Source: Methanothrix sp. (GTDB lineage: Archaea; Halobacteriota; Methanosarcinia; Methanotrichales; Methanotrichaceae). Taken from it: 64,000 nt of DNA. The position numbers and the translations under genes are program-made. The stretch lies in NCBI GenBank assembly GCA_963682135.1, contig OY821645.1:416001-480000 (forward strand), written 5' to 3'. Below, piece after piece: positions 38,347 through 48,376 of this stretch. The number at the start of each line of letters is the position of its first letter. Within the stretch, counting starts at the first letter, position 1. The notes beneath the pieces were generated by a model. That model saw only the letters and a program-made list of their open reading frames with translations, did not search any database and was not told the DNA's origin.

Positions 38347-40074
38347 GTGAAAAACAGCGAGGTCGCCGGACTTCTTTATGAGATGGCAGAGCTGTTGGAG
38401 CTGCATGCCGAGAACCGCTTCAAGATCATTGCCTTCAGCAAAGCTGCCCGGGCCATCGAATCTTTGCCGGAGGACATAACCACAGTCTGCAAGGAGAAGA
38501 GATTGCAGTCCATTCCCGGCGTGGGAAAGGCCATCGCCCAGAAGGTGGAAGAGTATCTTAAAACCGGCCGGATAGAGGCTCACCAGGAGCTTTTGGCCAA
38601 GACACCCCCCGGCCTGGTAAAGCTTCTTCAGATATCGGGTCTGGGTCCAAAGACCGTTTTTATGCTGCATGAGAAGCTGAACATAACCAACCTGGAGGAG
38701 CTGGAGACTGCGGCCAGGGAGCATCGCATCCGAAGGCTTCCCAGAATGGGGCCGACGCGCGAGTCAAACATTTTAAAGTCCCTTGAAAGATACAAAAAGC
38801 GCAGCACTCGCATTCTCTACAGCACAGCCGAGCCTATTGTAAACGAGATTCTCGCCTACCTGCGAGGCATGGGCGGCCTGGAGCACATCACTGCGGCAGG
38901 CAGCTTTCGCCGGGCGAAGGAGACTGTGGGAGACATCGATATCCTGGCTACCGCCGGCCGGCCGGAAGAGATCGTTGCTGCCTTCGTGCGCATGCCTTTG
39001 GTTGAGGAGGTGCTGGCCCAGGGACCCACCAAGGCCAGCGTCATAGTGCAGGAGACAATCCAGGTGGACCTGAGAATAGTGGAGCATCAGTCTTTCGGAA
39101 CCGTTCTGCAGTATTTTACAGGCTCCAAGGAGCATAATGTCCGGCTGCGGCAACTGGCTCTGAGCCGCGGCTACTCTCTGAGCGAGTACTCTCTCACGCG
39201 CCTGGCGGACAGCCGGGACCTGTTCTACGATCGAGAGGAGGATGTCTACGCCGCTCTAGGTCTGCCCTACATTGCACCGGAGATGAGAGAAGACCGCGGC
39301 GAGATTGAGGCGGCCTTGCGAGGAACGCTGTCCCGGCTCCTGGACACGAAGGACATGCGTGGCGATCTGCATGTTCACAGCGACTGGTCGGACGGCAGGG
39401 CTTCCATCCTGGAGATGGCCCATGCCGCACAGGCTTTGGGCTATGAGTACATTGCCCTTTGCGATCATTCACCCTCGATTGGCATAGCAGGAGGACTGGA
39501 CCCTGAGAAGCTGGAGCAGAAGATCGAGGCCATAGCTGCTGTTAATGAGGAGCTGGCATTAAAGGGCATGGATTTTACCGTTCTGGCGGGAACTGAGGTG
39601 GATATCAAAGCAGATGGCCGGCTGGACTATGCCGATGATCTCCTGGCCAGGTGCGATGTGGTGGTGGCATCCGTGCACATGGGATTGCAGCAGACGGAGA
39701 GGGCTATAACAGGAAGGCTGATCTCGGCTATAGAAAACGAAAATGTGGATATCATTGCTCACCCCACAGGAAGGATCATCGATCAGCGTGAGCCCTATGA
39801 AGTGGATATGCAGGCGGTCTTGAGAGCGGCGGCGAGAACAAATACCGTCCTGGAGATAAATTCTCATCCCAGCCGTCTGGATCTGAATGATGTCAATGCT
39901 AAGGCCGCAAAAGAGATGGGTGTAATGCTGTGCATCAACTCCGATGCTCATGATGCAAAGCAGCTTCTCAATATGAAATACGGGGTGAATGTAGCCAGAC
40001 GGGCCTGGCTTGAGAAGAAGAATGTACTCAATACCTTATCTCTCAAGGAGCTGCTAACTGTGCTGAGGCGCTAA
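38347..40074 (+). CDS. polX: DNA polymerase X with PHP domain
   Basis: HhH motifs, AGSFRR..TVGDIDIL, QVDLR and FTGSKEHN; PHP motifs DLHVHSDWSDG, AHPTGR and NSDAH; GTG 38347 start. Confidence 0.93.
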   Translation: MKNSEVAGLLYEMAELLELHAENRFKIIAFSKAARAIESLPEDITTVCKEKRLQSIPGVGKAIAQKVEEYLKTGRIEAHQELLAKTPPGLVKLLQISGLGPKTVFMLHEKLNITNLEELETAAREHRIRRLPRMGPTRESNILKSLERYKKRSTRILYSTAEPIVNEILAYLRGMGGLEHITAAGSFRRAKETVGDIDILATAGRPEEIVAAFVRMPLVEEVLAQGPTKASVIVQETIQVDLRIVEHQSFGTVLQYFTGSKEHNVRLRQLALSRGYSLSEYSLTRLADSRDLFYDREEDVYAALGLPYIAPEMREDRGEIEAALRGTLSRLLDTKDMRGDLHVHSDWSDGRASILEMAHAAQALGYEYIALCDHSPSIGIAGGLDPEKLEQKIEAIAAVNEELALKGMDFTVLAGTEVDIKADGRLDYADDLLARCDVVVASVHMGLQQTERAITGRLISAIENENVDIIAHPTGRIIDQREPYEVDMQAVLRAAARTNTVLEINSHPSRLDLNDVNAKAAKEMGVMLCINSDAHDAKQLLNMKYGVNVARRAWLEKKNVLNTLSLKELLTVLRR

Positions 40075-40114
40075 AGAAAGACATGAAAGACTTATTAAAG
40101 GGGAAAAGAGAGAA

Positions 40115-40378
40115 ATGGGATTTATGAGAATTAACAACCAAGCCAAAGTCGGGCTGGTAACTGTTGTCTGTCTCCTTTGCCAGGGTTACATCTTCTCTTT
40201 TATCCTGAAGCTGGAGCCCCATCCTTTGATCTCCTTTGTACCGCTTCTCCCCTATATTGTCTACATTTATGCCCGGACAAGCAGGACATGGTATTTTAAT
40301 AGGCCTCTTTACTGGATGGCAGCGATAATCGTTCTGACTGCGCTGGATATATTGCCTTTTGCCTTAGGTGTAGTTTGA
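40115..40378 (+). CDS. Small membrane protein
   Basis: 87 aa, three hydrophobic segments. Confidence 0.6.
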   Translation: MGFMRINNQAKVGLVTVVCLLCQGYIFSFILKLEPHPLISFVPLLPYIVYIYARTSRTWYFNRPLYWMAAIIVLTALDILPFALGVV

Positions 40379-40466
40379 TTGCTTCTTAAATTAAAATCTA
40401 AGCAAATGTAATAAAAAGAATAGTAAAGGGCTTCTCCAGCCCTTTTGCCTAATAAATATTGCCTGA

Positions 40467-40952
40467 TTAGCTCATTATCTCATAGCTATCTTTGTGCGGG
40501 TTGATGAGCAGCCTCTCGGCAATCTCCCTGGCTGCCATTTCCGCTTCCGGCTTGAGCGTATCGAAGTAGAGCTTCCAGACGGTAGCCTTCTTCACATCCA
40601 CCACATTCTCGAAGCCCAGACGGCTGCGCAGTCGCTCCCGAACGGAGATGGCCTCGCCGTCCTCGATATGCAGGGCAACTTTGACCGGCACATAGCCCTC
40701 CTCAAACTTTAACTCGTCCACAAGAACTACGTGGCTCTCTTTGTTCTCGTTGACCAGCTCTTTGGCAAAGCTCTTGGCCAGCTCCGCCGGGTCCCCGGAA
40801 TCTACCTCGATGGAGAACAAGCGTTCTTTCTTGACATCGGCCAGGACATTCTTATACCCCAAACGCCGGACGAGCGTGTTCTTAACTGTGGCCGCCTCGG
40901 CATCAGGTATCTTCAGCCAGACGCGCAGATTGATCTTTTGGTTCGTGCTCAT
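40467..40952 (-). CDS. purS: FGAM synthase subunit PurS (tandem duplicated domain)
   Basis: Two ~80-aa repeats (D.EA..V...L..RLG...V.DVKK...L.N); last gene of purL-purQ-purS. Confidence 0.85.
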   Translation of the reverse strand: MSTNQKINLRVWLKIPDAEAATVKNTLVRRLGYKNVLADVKKERLFSIEVDSGDPAELAKSFAKELVNENKESHVVLVDELKFEEGYVPVKVALHIEDGEAISVRERLRSRLGFENVVDVKKATVWKLYFDTLKPEAEMAAREIAERLLINPHKDSYEIMS

Positions 40953-41809
40953 GCGTTCACCTCGATATAGCGCTTCATGGATTCGAATACTCTTCTGCCG
41001 GGACCGGGCTCATCGGTCCGCTGCTTTCTCGGATCGAAAGCAGGGAGCTGCCAGGCGAAAAAGGCCCTTTCCGGATGAGGCATCATGCCCAGAACATTTC
41101 CCTGCTCATTGCAGATGGCGGCTATGCTTTCTGTGCTGCCGTTTACATTGAATGGAAACTCATTTATGATTCGCCCATTCTTATCGCAGTAGCGGAAGAC
41201 CACCTGTCCCTCGTCGTTAAGCTTCTTGATCAATCCGGGAGTGGTGGTGACCAGATTTCCTTCGCCATGGGCGATGGGGATCCTGAGCAGTGCTCCCCTT
41301 TCGATGGCAAATGAGCCGCTGCACCTCTTGGATGGCGCTTCGTGTCGAAGGTTGACCCAATCGCAGTAGTAGCCCCGCCGCACAATCTTTCCCAGGGAGA
41401 CCATCACATTTTGGGCTAAAGCCATATCCACGTTTCCAGAGCCCTTGTGGCTGCCGATACCTATGCTACTGCCTTTGTCGCTCTCTTTGTCGCAGCCTTT
41501 GCTCTTGCCGGGAAGCAGTCCCGTCTCCACCAGAATCTGAAAGCCGTTGCAGATGCCTAGGATTGGTTTGCCTTTGCCGGCCTCTTCTTTTAGGGCGCTC
41601 ATGACCGGCTCTTTGGAGGCTATAACACCTGCTCGAATCCTGTCCTGATAGGAGAAGCCACCTGGTATGACAAATCCATCAAAACCGGATAGCTCGCCGG
41701 CTGGCCGGTTCCAGCGAAAGATCTCGCCCTCCATGCCCACTGCTTTCACAGCTACCAGCGTCTCAAACTCACAGTTCGTTCCCGGGAACTGCAAAACTGC
41801 TATCTTCAT
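40949..41809 (-). CDS. purQ: FGAM synthase glutaminase subunit PurQ
   Basis: FPGTNCE, PGGFSYQD, GICNGFQIL, PIAHGEG and GMMPHPER; ATG 41809 overlaps the purL stop. Confidence 0.95.
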   Translation of the reverse strand: MKIAVLQFPGTNCEFETLVAVKAVGMEGEIFRWNRPAGELSGFDGFVIPGGFSYQDRIRAGVIASKEPVMSALKEEAGKGKPILGICNGFQILVETGLLPGKSKGCDKESDKGSSIGIGSHKGSGNVDMALAQNVMVSLGKIVRRGYYCDWVNLRHEAPSKRCSGSFAIERGALLRIPIAHGEGNLVTTTPGLIKKLNDEGQVVFRYCDKNGRIINEFPFNVNGSTESIAAICNEQGNVLGMMPHPERAFFAWQLPAFDPRKQRTDEPGPGRRVFESMKRYIEVNA

Positions 41810-44139
41810 CTCATCGCCTCCACAAGGCCGGACATCCAAGCATTCCTCGCTTCGTCCATGTCCAGATCGGCCACACATTCGCCTGCTCTTGACATCACAA
41901 TCCGTCTCTTACCTGTCACTGTGCCGATTTGCATCGGCTCCAGATCATATCTCATCAGGAGTTCTATTAGCCGGACCTCACAGCCGGCTTTTGCCTCCAG
42001 GATGAAGCCTGAGGATTCGGAGAACAGGAGCTTATCGGTTCTCATGCCGATTTCGCCGCCCTGCACCATGTCCAAATGCACATCAAATCCAAACCGAGCA
42101 GGTCGGGTGAGCGCCATCTCACAGAGGCTTGCCGCCAGGCCGCCGTTGGAGATATCGTGTGCAGCAGCCAGGAGCCCTTCATCGATAGCATCGATGACAG
42201 CGTAGATCATATTCCTCTCCAGGTCGAAGCGAACGATGGGCACGTTAGCGCCCGTCACTCCCAGAATGGTCTGGTAGTACTCGGATCCGCCCAGCTCGTC
42301 AAACCTGGGACCGATTAGGAAGAGCTTGTCGCCAGCTTTTTTCAGGTCCATGGTAATGGCCTTGGAAAAGTCTTTCATGATGCCCACGCAGGCCACCACA
42401 GGTGACGGGTCCACTGATCCTTGAGGCGATTCGTTATAGAAGCTGACGTTGCCGGAAACAATGGGAACAGGCAGCTGTTGGTCCTCGTAGCCCTTGAGAT
42501 AGAGTTTATTGCAGGATTCGGCCAGGCCCTTGACGCCTTCCCGAAACTCCCAGAATGCCTCCGGTTTTTCGGGATTGCCATAATTCAGGCAGTCGGTGAG
42601 GGTCGATGGAACCGCACCAATGGCAGCCACATTTCGCATGGCTTCGGCTGCGGCAGTCGCTCCGCCCCAGTAGGGGCTGATGCGCCCGTAGAAGGGGTTG
42701 GAATCCACTGCCAGTGCAATGCCAAACTTTTCTCCCCGCACCGGCGCGATCAGGCCGGCATCCGCCTCGCCTGGTCGGATCACGGCGCTTCCCATGACTT
42801 CCGTATCATAGTAGCGGTAGACGTGCTCCCTGCAAGCGATATTTGGCGACTTCAGGATCTTGAGCAGCACATCATTGTAGTCCGTGGGCTCAGCCGCATC
42901 CGGTTCCTCCACGCGGATGGTGCGCGGCAATTCCAGACGATTGTAGCGGATGCCTTCCGTGAGGTGCTTGATTGGCACATCGCAGACCATCTCACCCTTG
43001 TAGCTAACCGTAAATCGATCACCGGTATTGATCTTTCCTACAACGCTTGCCCTGGCGCCCTCGTAGACATTGGGCAGATCCCAGTCCTCGTTGTAGATCT
43101 TGAGTATCTTCTCGCGCAGTTCCGGAGGCGATATTATCAGGAATCGCTCCTGGGTCTCGGCGATGCTCAAAACCTCGGCTGGGAAATCGGCTGCTTTGTG
43201 CATGTCATCCAGGTTGATCTCCATGCCAAAGCCCCCCGAGGAGCCCATCTCAGACGTGGCGCAGGTGAACCCGCCGCCGCCCAGATCCTTGAAGCCGATC
43301 TCGATGCCCGACTCCCGGACGAGCTTGAAGAGATCGTCGTTGGCCTTGAAGAGCACGTTCTTGAGGAAGGGATCGGGAATCTGCACAGCACCGCGGTTGG
43401 TCTCCTCGTCCTCTTCTCGCAGAGCCTCAGAGGCAAAGGTGACGCCACCTAAACCGGACGAGTCGGTGGGCTTGCCGATCAAGATCACATCGTAGCCATT
43501 CTCTCCTGCCAGGGGCGGAGCACGCGAGCGGATGATCTGGTCGCGCCGCACGATGCCGATAGAAACGACGTTGACCAGGCAGTTATCATCGAAGCTATCG
43601 TTGAAGACGATGTCTCCGCCCATGTTGGGAACGCCCAGCGCATTGCCGTACTGCCAGATTCCGTCCACCACGCCCTCTGCCACCCAGCGCACCTTGTTGG
43701 CCTTGGGGCCGTAGGGATTGCCAAATCGCAGGGGATCTGCGGTGGCGACAACGGTCGCTCCCATGCAATTTACATCGCGGACTATGCCGCCGATGCCGGT
43801 GGCTGCGCCTTCATTGGGCAGGATTTGGCTGGGATGGTTGTGGCTCTCGTGGGAGATGACGACGCACCATCGCTCGTCGATGGCCACAATTCCGGAGTCT
43901 TCAACAGGGCCCATAACCACATTGGGGCCATCGGTAGGAAGGAATTCTTTGAGGGTGGCGCGAGAACTCTTGTAGGAGCAGTGCTCGGACCACATGGCAT
44001 CATAGCAGAATAATTCGGTGAGGGTTGGATCGCGGTCCAGCACCCCGGCAATGGTGCGCGCTTCCGGGACGGACATGCCGATGCCGGCGGCGCGCAAGCT
44101 GGCCTCTACTTCAGGATCGGAAAGACCGATTATCTTCAA
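41806..44139 (-). CDS. purL: FGAM synthase subunit PurL
   Basis: MWSEHCSYKSS, ESHNHPS, GAATGIGGIVRD, DCLNYGNPE, GNVSFYN. Confidence 0.97.
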   Translation of the reverse strand: MKIIGLSDPEVEASLRAAGIGMSVPEARTIAGVLDRDPTLTELFCYDAMWSEHCSYKSSRATLKEFLPTDGPNVVMGPVEDSGIVAIDERWCVVISHESHNHPSQILPNEGAATGIGGIVRDVNCMGATVVATADPLRFGNPYGPKANKVRWVAEGVVDGIWQYGNALGVPNMGGDIVFNDSFDDNCLVNVVSIGIVRRDQIIRSRAPPLAGENGYDVILIGKPTDSSGLGGVTFASEALREEDEETNRGAVQIPDPFLKNVLFKANDDLFKLVRESGIEIGFKDLGGGGFTCATSEMGSSGGFGMEINLDDMHKAADFPAEVLSIAETQERFLIISPPELREKILKIYNEDWDLPNVYEGARASVVGKINTGDRFTVSYKGEMVCDVPIKHLTEGIRYNRLELPRTIRVEEPDAAEPTDYNDVLLKILKSPNIACREHVYRYYDTEVMGSAVIRPGEADAGLIAPVRGEKFGIALAVDSNPFYGRISPYWGGATAAAEAMRNVAAIGAVPSTLTDCLNYGNPEKPEAFWEFREGVKGLAESCNKLYLKGYEDQQLPVPIVSGNVSFYNESPQGSVDPSPVVACVGIMKDFSKAITMDLKKAGDKLFLIGPRFDELGGSEYYQTILGVTGANVPIVRFDLERNMIYAVIDAIDEGLLAAAHDISNGGLAASLCEMALTRPARFGFDVHLDMVQGGEIGMRTDKLLFSESSGFILEAKAGCEVRLIELLMRYDLEPMQIGTVTGKRRIVMSRAGECVADLDMDEARNAWMSGLVEAMR

Positions 44140-44207
44140 TTCAGTTACACCTCTGGTTAGCTACATCTATCCATACGTGGTGCATTATGAATTTATCGAT
44201 CCGTGAG

Positions 44208-44246
44208 GAGGGAATGGGGGGAGGGAATGGGGGGAGGGAATGGGGG
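44208..44246. repeat. Perfect tandem repeat (GAGGGAATGGGGG)x3
   Basis: Three exact 13-bp units. Confidence 0.9.
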
Positions 44247-44287
44247 ATGAGATCGGGTGAACGAAGGAAAAACAGAATGTTGCACTA

Positions 44288-45331
44288 TTATGGCCTTAGC
44301 TTGAAATCCTTTAATCTATCACATGAAGTGCCGGGCAGTAAAGTCCATGTTATTAAGTCCTCGATTTTTCTTTGCAGCTGCTCTTGTTTATTTTTTAGAT
44401 TTTTAGCATAATCCTCAATTTCGGTAATTTTATCCTCATATTTGGTTCTTAAATAGCTGCGATCGGATATTTTATCAAGCTCTAATTTTGCTTTTTCTAT
44501 TTGCTCTTTTGAACCATTTTTTAATATACTAACATGAGAATTCATGAGTTGATATGATCCATCTTGTTGCTTTTCAACTGTTAATTTTATGTCATTTGGA
44601 TAATATATAAAGCGTTCACTAATACAAATTTTATAAATACGATTCGAAAAATACATAAGATCATCATCACGTCCGATGCTGATATGCGAATTGAGTAATA
44701 TTGCACCATTTAGTTGATTTGTAATTTCTGTGTGAATCGTGTTACATAATATTTCCGAAGACGATCCCAATCTGATCATCAGATCTTTTAAAGTATCCCA
44801 GTCATTTTGCATATATTTATAATTTTCTGGAAGATGATAATCAAGAATATCTCTATATTGCCATCGTGCCTCGAGCAATTGATATTTGTCCATATATTTA
44901 GCGATTGAATCATAAGGTATATCCTCTGCACATGGCAATTCTTTTATCTCATTCAGCCAATTACGCAGAAAAAGCTTTAATATATCACTATGAGATATTT
45001 GAACCTGCAACAGAGCTGGTCCACTATATGTAGACTTTACCACTTGAAGTGTGTAATACGTATAAAAGACTAATACAATTAAAGTTAAAAACATGATTAA
45101 ATCATTATATAATTGGTTTGTATGAAAAGTCCAAAAGAATAATCCTGCAATAAATCCAAAATATATTAAAGATATAACCAAGAATGGTGCGGCCAAAATA
45201 TTCTGTAGTTCATCCTTATGGGCAATTGAGATAATGTATATAATAATAAAAGTTATTGCAAAAATTGATTGTAATATATATGATAAGTTGTTGAGTACTA
45301 TATTGAGTACTATACTTAGATATTCGTACAT
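44288..45331 (-). CDS. AT-rich hypothetical membrane protein
   Basis: 3 N-terminal TM helices, soluble helical C-terminus; much lower GC than purL. Confidence 0.7.
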   Translation of the reverse strand: MYEYLSIVLNIVLNNLSYILQSIFAITFIIIYIISIAHKDELQNILAAPFLVISLIYFGFIAGLFFWTFHTNQLYNDLIMFLTLIVLVFYTYYTLQVVKSTYSGPALLQVQISHSDILKLFLRNWLNEIKELPCAEDIPYDSIAKYMDKYQLLEARWQYRDILDYHLPENYKYMQNDWDTLKDLMIRLGSSSEILCNTIHTEITNQLNGAILLNSHISIGRDDDLMYFSNRIYKICISERFIYYPNDIKLTVEKQQDGSYQLMNSHVSILKNGSKEQIEKAKLELDKISDRSYLRTKYEDKITEIEDYAKNLKNKQEQLQRKIEDLITWTLLPGTSCDRLKDFKLRP

Positions 45332-45423
45332 TCCCTTTCCATTGCTATTACTTTTTATTTATCGATTTCGCACAAATTATAATTAGATTCAAGCACTAAC
45401 GGTAAAGAATCCCGTTTTGGGGG

Positions 45424-45657
45424 TCATCTAATTCTCCTCTTCAATTCATATATATCATGCTTCATTCTGGATAATTCTCTTGATATCTTTTCAACAACCT
45501 CAATAATTTCTCTGTTATGCTCGATTTCATTTTTTATATCTCTTTCTATGTCCTCCTTTAGTAAATGATACATTTTTTGAATACAAGACGTACATATAAA
45601 TTTGTTTCCAATTGATTCAGTGGCTATATCATCGCATAAAAAGCATTTTTCCTCCAT
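45424..45657 (-). CDS. Small zinc-finger/coiled-coil protein
   Basis: CFLC...ICTSC followed by a heptad-like helix; AT-rich TATA-like stretch upstream. Confidence 0.55.
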   Translation of the reverse strand: MEEKCFLCDDIATESIGNKFICTSCIQKMYHLLKEDIERDIKNEIEHNREIIEVVEKISRELSRMKHDIYELKRRIR

Positions 45658-46066
45658 TTAGCAGCCTCACTGTGGTGGTTTATCGCGGATATATAAATAT
45701 TGATGGTATCGATTCATCTCATCATGTCCTGCCCTGACAACTTCACCCAAGAAACTCCGTCACTATCTACTTAGTCACCTCCGCATGGCTGCTCTTGAGA
45801 TATGCTCAGCTCCCCTCATTCTCGCCTCCTGGCAATCAGAAAGCTTTTTTTAGGCGAAATCAGTGAATATCGATTCCTGATTATCACCATTGTGGGTACA
45901 TAGATGCAGCGTGCTTGGAAAAGATCAGCCTGATTCTTCAGTCCCAATGTTCCGGATGAACGTCAAAGTACTATCCAATGCCATTTTTGCGAGGCAATTT
46001 CTGTCACTCATGCTCCATCCAAAGATATGGCCCCAATCGATCCCAAGGGCTTCTTATCAGTTTGCA

Positions 46067-46202
46067 GGTATTCCCGGCCACCTGGGCTCCATGGCATAAC
46101 CGGGGCCAGGCCGACCGTCGCGCCCCATGCCCGCGGGCACCGGGCCCGCCTGGCCGCCACCCACAGGGCTGCCAGGCCGGGAGGGCGAGCGCCTGCTCGC
46201 CA
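46067..46202. repeat. GC-rich REP-like hairpin repeat, copy 1
   Basis: Core GGGCCCGCCTGGCCGCCACC...GCCAGGCCGGGAGGGCGAGCG (46142-46191); 5' extension shared with copy 4. Confidence 0.8.
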
Positions 46203-46243
46203 ACCCAAGGCCGGATGAATTCACAAACGCCATGATTAAATTG

Positions 46244-46553
46244 TTATTTCAACTCTGGTATCTTGCGTCCTTTTTCCGTGCGATCAAAATCTGCATCAAA
46301 GCTTATTATCTGCAGGCCGTACTTCTGTGCGACGGCGCATTGGTAAGAATCATCAAAATCCAAACGGAACCTTTTCGAGACTTCTGCCAGAGCGAGAACC
46401 TCTTTTGGATCTAACCCTATCACAGTTATCCCGGTCTTTATTATTACATCCTTCACGAAGCGAACGTAGGTTTCATGTCTATTTCTTTGGAAAAGGAAAA
46501 CACCAATGGAATGAAGTGAGAAATCCGTTATAAATAGATCTGAGGAGGTACAT
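46244..46553 (-). pseudogene. PIN/VapC toxin with internal deletion
   Basis: ATG 46553 gives MYL, then an out-of-frame jump to DLFITDFSLHSIG...LDFDDSYQ...SFDADFD; the N-terminal DTN catalytic strand is missing. Confidence 0.75.
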
Positions 46554-46760
46554 TAGGCTCCTCGCATCCTTCCAATCTCATGTTGGAGTTCCACCGAGGA
46601 ATACTGCTCACCCATATCCTTCAGTGCACCTTCCCAGTCAAAATCTGGCACCTTTTGCTCCTTTTTTAGATCTTTTCTCCAGTAAGAATTCTGCATAGCT
46701 CCGAACTTCTTTTTGAATGTCAGGAGGCAATTGCTCAACGAACCTAGCTAGGGTTGTCAT
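46553..46760 (-). pseudogene. DUF2281-like antitoxin, frameshifted
   Basis: MTTLARFVEQLPPDIQKEVRSYAEFLLEKRSKK/(frameshift near A6 run ~46663-46668)EQKVPDFDWEGALKDMGEQYSSVELQH; TAATG overlap with the toxin. Confidence 0.7.
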
Positions 46761-46848
46761 TTTTCTCAATCAAATATAGTATGCCCAAGCTTTTAATATT
46801 TATCGGCAAGGATGATTTCGTCTTTTTGGTTCTGGCTGCTACCCGCTA

Positions 46849-46935
46849 GCGTGTCTCACGCCCGTGATCGAATGGCGCTGCCGGGCATCTGGCCCGCCTG
46901 ACCGCCACCGCAGCGCAGCCGGGAGGGGGCGAGCG
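46849..46935. repeat. GC-rich REP-like hairpin repeat, copy 2
   Basis: GGCCCGCCTGACCGCCACCGCAGCGCAGCCGGGAGGGGGCGAGCG; CGCCCGTGA extension shared with copies 4 and 5. Confidence 0.75.
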
Positions 46936-47026
46936 ACCGCGGGTCATCAAAAGTAAGCGAGTGCTTGCAGTTGCTCTCATCCATCTGTTAAATTGATGTG
47001 GAAATAATTGTCTATCTCTTATCGGA

Positions 47027-47056
47027 ACTTCGCGGCTTCGCACCTTCGTGTGAACC
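47027..47056. repeat. Dispersed 30-bp CTTCGCG-type repeat, copy 2
   Basis: 27/30 identical to 5798-5827. Confidence 0.6.
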
Positions 47057-47321
47057 CGTGATTTCTGCCCGACCGGCCAGTCTGAGACTGCCCCGAAGAC
47101 TTACCAAAAAGTCTCTGTACGTCCTCTGGGCGCTCTTTGACTCTTGTGGTGGGATCGTTAGTTATTAGGTTATAATTATCGGCTAGTATTAATAATAAAC
47201 TGGAGGCTTTGCTTCCCTAAAAATCCAGCCCCCAGAAAACTCCCTTGCCGGAGTCCATCTCCACCTGACCCTCTGGCTCGACCGGGCCTCCTGCCCCCTC
47301 ATACGATCGCTGCCTGACACC

Positions 47322-47365
47322 GGGCCCGCCTGGCCGCCACCGCAGCGCAGCCGGGAGGGCGAGCG
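47322..47365. repeat. GC-rich REP-like hairpin repeat, copy 3
   Basis: GGGCCCGCCTGGCCGCCACCGCAGCGCAGCCGGGAGGGCGAGCG. Confidence 0.8.
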
Positions 47366-47414
47366 GCTGCTGACTCAGCTTGGTTTGCAGGAAGATCGAA
47401 GACAATGCAATAAC

Positions 47415-47440
47415 CTTTATAGATTTAGAACCGAAATCTA
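47415..47440 (+). promoter_or_regulatory. Putative TATA box and palindromic operator of the toxin-antitoxin operon
   Basis: CTTTATA overlapping TAGATTT-N7-AAATCTA, 15 nt upstream of the antitoxin ATG. Confidence 0.5.
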
Positions 47441-47455
47441 GTATGGTGAGCTTAG

Positions 47456-47641
47456 ATGAGTGTGACAGTCCGGGCTAAATATGAGGATAAGGTCCTTAAG
47501 CCCTATCAAGATCTGCATTTAAATGAGGGTGAAGAGGTGCAGATCAAAGTTCAGCGAAACCTGGTAGATAAATTCCATGGAAAGATGGCAATAGACAAAA
47601 AGGTCGCGGATGAGATAATCGATATGGAGATCTGGGATTGA
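47456..47641 (+). CDS. AF2212/DUF104-like antitoxin
   Basis: VRAKYEDKVLKP...L.EGEEVQI; overlaps the PIN gene. Confidence 0.85.
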   Translation: MSVTVRAKYEDKVLKPYQDLHLNEGEEVQIKVQRNLVDKFHGKMAIDKKVADEIIDMEIWD

Positions 47642-48129
47642 AGCTATCTCAATTGCCGGATGGAGAGAGCATATTTCTTGATGCGAACATCTTCCTGTAC
47701 TCAGCCTTTGACCATCCCACATTTGGCGGAACATGCCGGGATTTTTTGACCAGAGTGGATCAAGAAGAGGTACACGGCTATTGCTCGGCATTTGTCCTAA
47801 ATGAGGTCTTTCATAAGCTGATGATATCTGAGATCGTGGATAAGTTCGGGGTTCAGGCCAAAGCTGCTAATAACCTATTCAAGCAGAGACCTGAAATCAT
47901 AAGCGAGCTACGTGATGTCTGGGAAGAGATGGATATTATAAATAATATTAATATCATGATAATAGATGGGCAGATTTTTCCGGAGTTTGTGAATCTATCA
48001 ATGAGATATCGTTTATTAGCTATGGATTCCGTCCATCTTGCAATTATGAGACGAAATGGATTGACAAATCTGGCAACCAACGACGCCGATTTTAAGAGAG
48101 TTGCGGATTTGAAGATCTGGAAACCTTGA
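47638..48129 (+). CDS. vapC: PIN-domain VapC toxin
   Basis: IFLDANIFLY, VLNEV, DSVHLA, LATNDADF; all acidic residues present. Confidence 0.9.
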   Translation: MKLSQLPDGESIFLDANIFLYSAFDHPTFGGTCRDFLTRVDQEEVHGYCSAFVLNEVFHKLMISEIVDKFGVQAKAANNLFKQRPEIISELRDVWEEMDIINNINIMIIDGQIFPEFVNLSMRYRLLAMDSVHLAIMRRNGLTNLATNDADFKRVADLKIWKP

Positions 48130-48164
48130 AGGAATCTGTGACAAAGACTCTCCATCAGGCCAAA

Positions 48165-48320
48165 GGTATCTCCGGCCACTTGGCTTATGGCACAACCGGG
48201 ACTGGGCCGACCGCCGCGCCCCGCCCGCGCGTGACTCCCGCGCCCGTGAGCGGCGATGGCCGCAGTCGGGGCCCGCCTGGCCGCCACCCCCACAGGCCTG
48301 CCAGGCCGGGAGGGCGAGCG
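48165..48320. repeat. GC-rich REP-like hairpin repeat, copy 4 (longest)
   Basis: Contains both 5' extensions plus the core at 48269-48320. Confidence 0.8.
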
Positions 48321-48376
48321 CCTCCAATATCCAGTAGGCTGGATGGACCTGCAATAAGATAAATGAAGCTATCAAC

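Noticed and set aside
42421-43452. Long antisense ORFs (also 6565-7401, 5890-6546, 31193-31909, 34647-35384)
   Set aside because: Shadows of GC-rich codon usage in well-supported genes on the opposite strand
45830-46010. Possible decayed gene on the minus strand
   Set aside because: Contains stops and no recognisable family motif; cannot be supported
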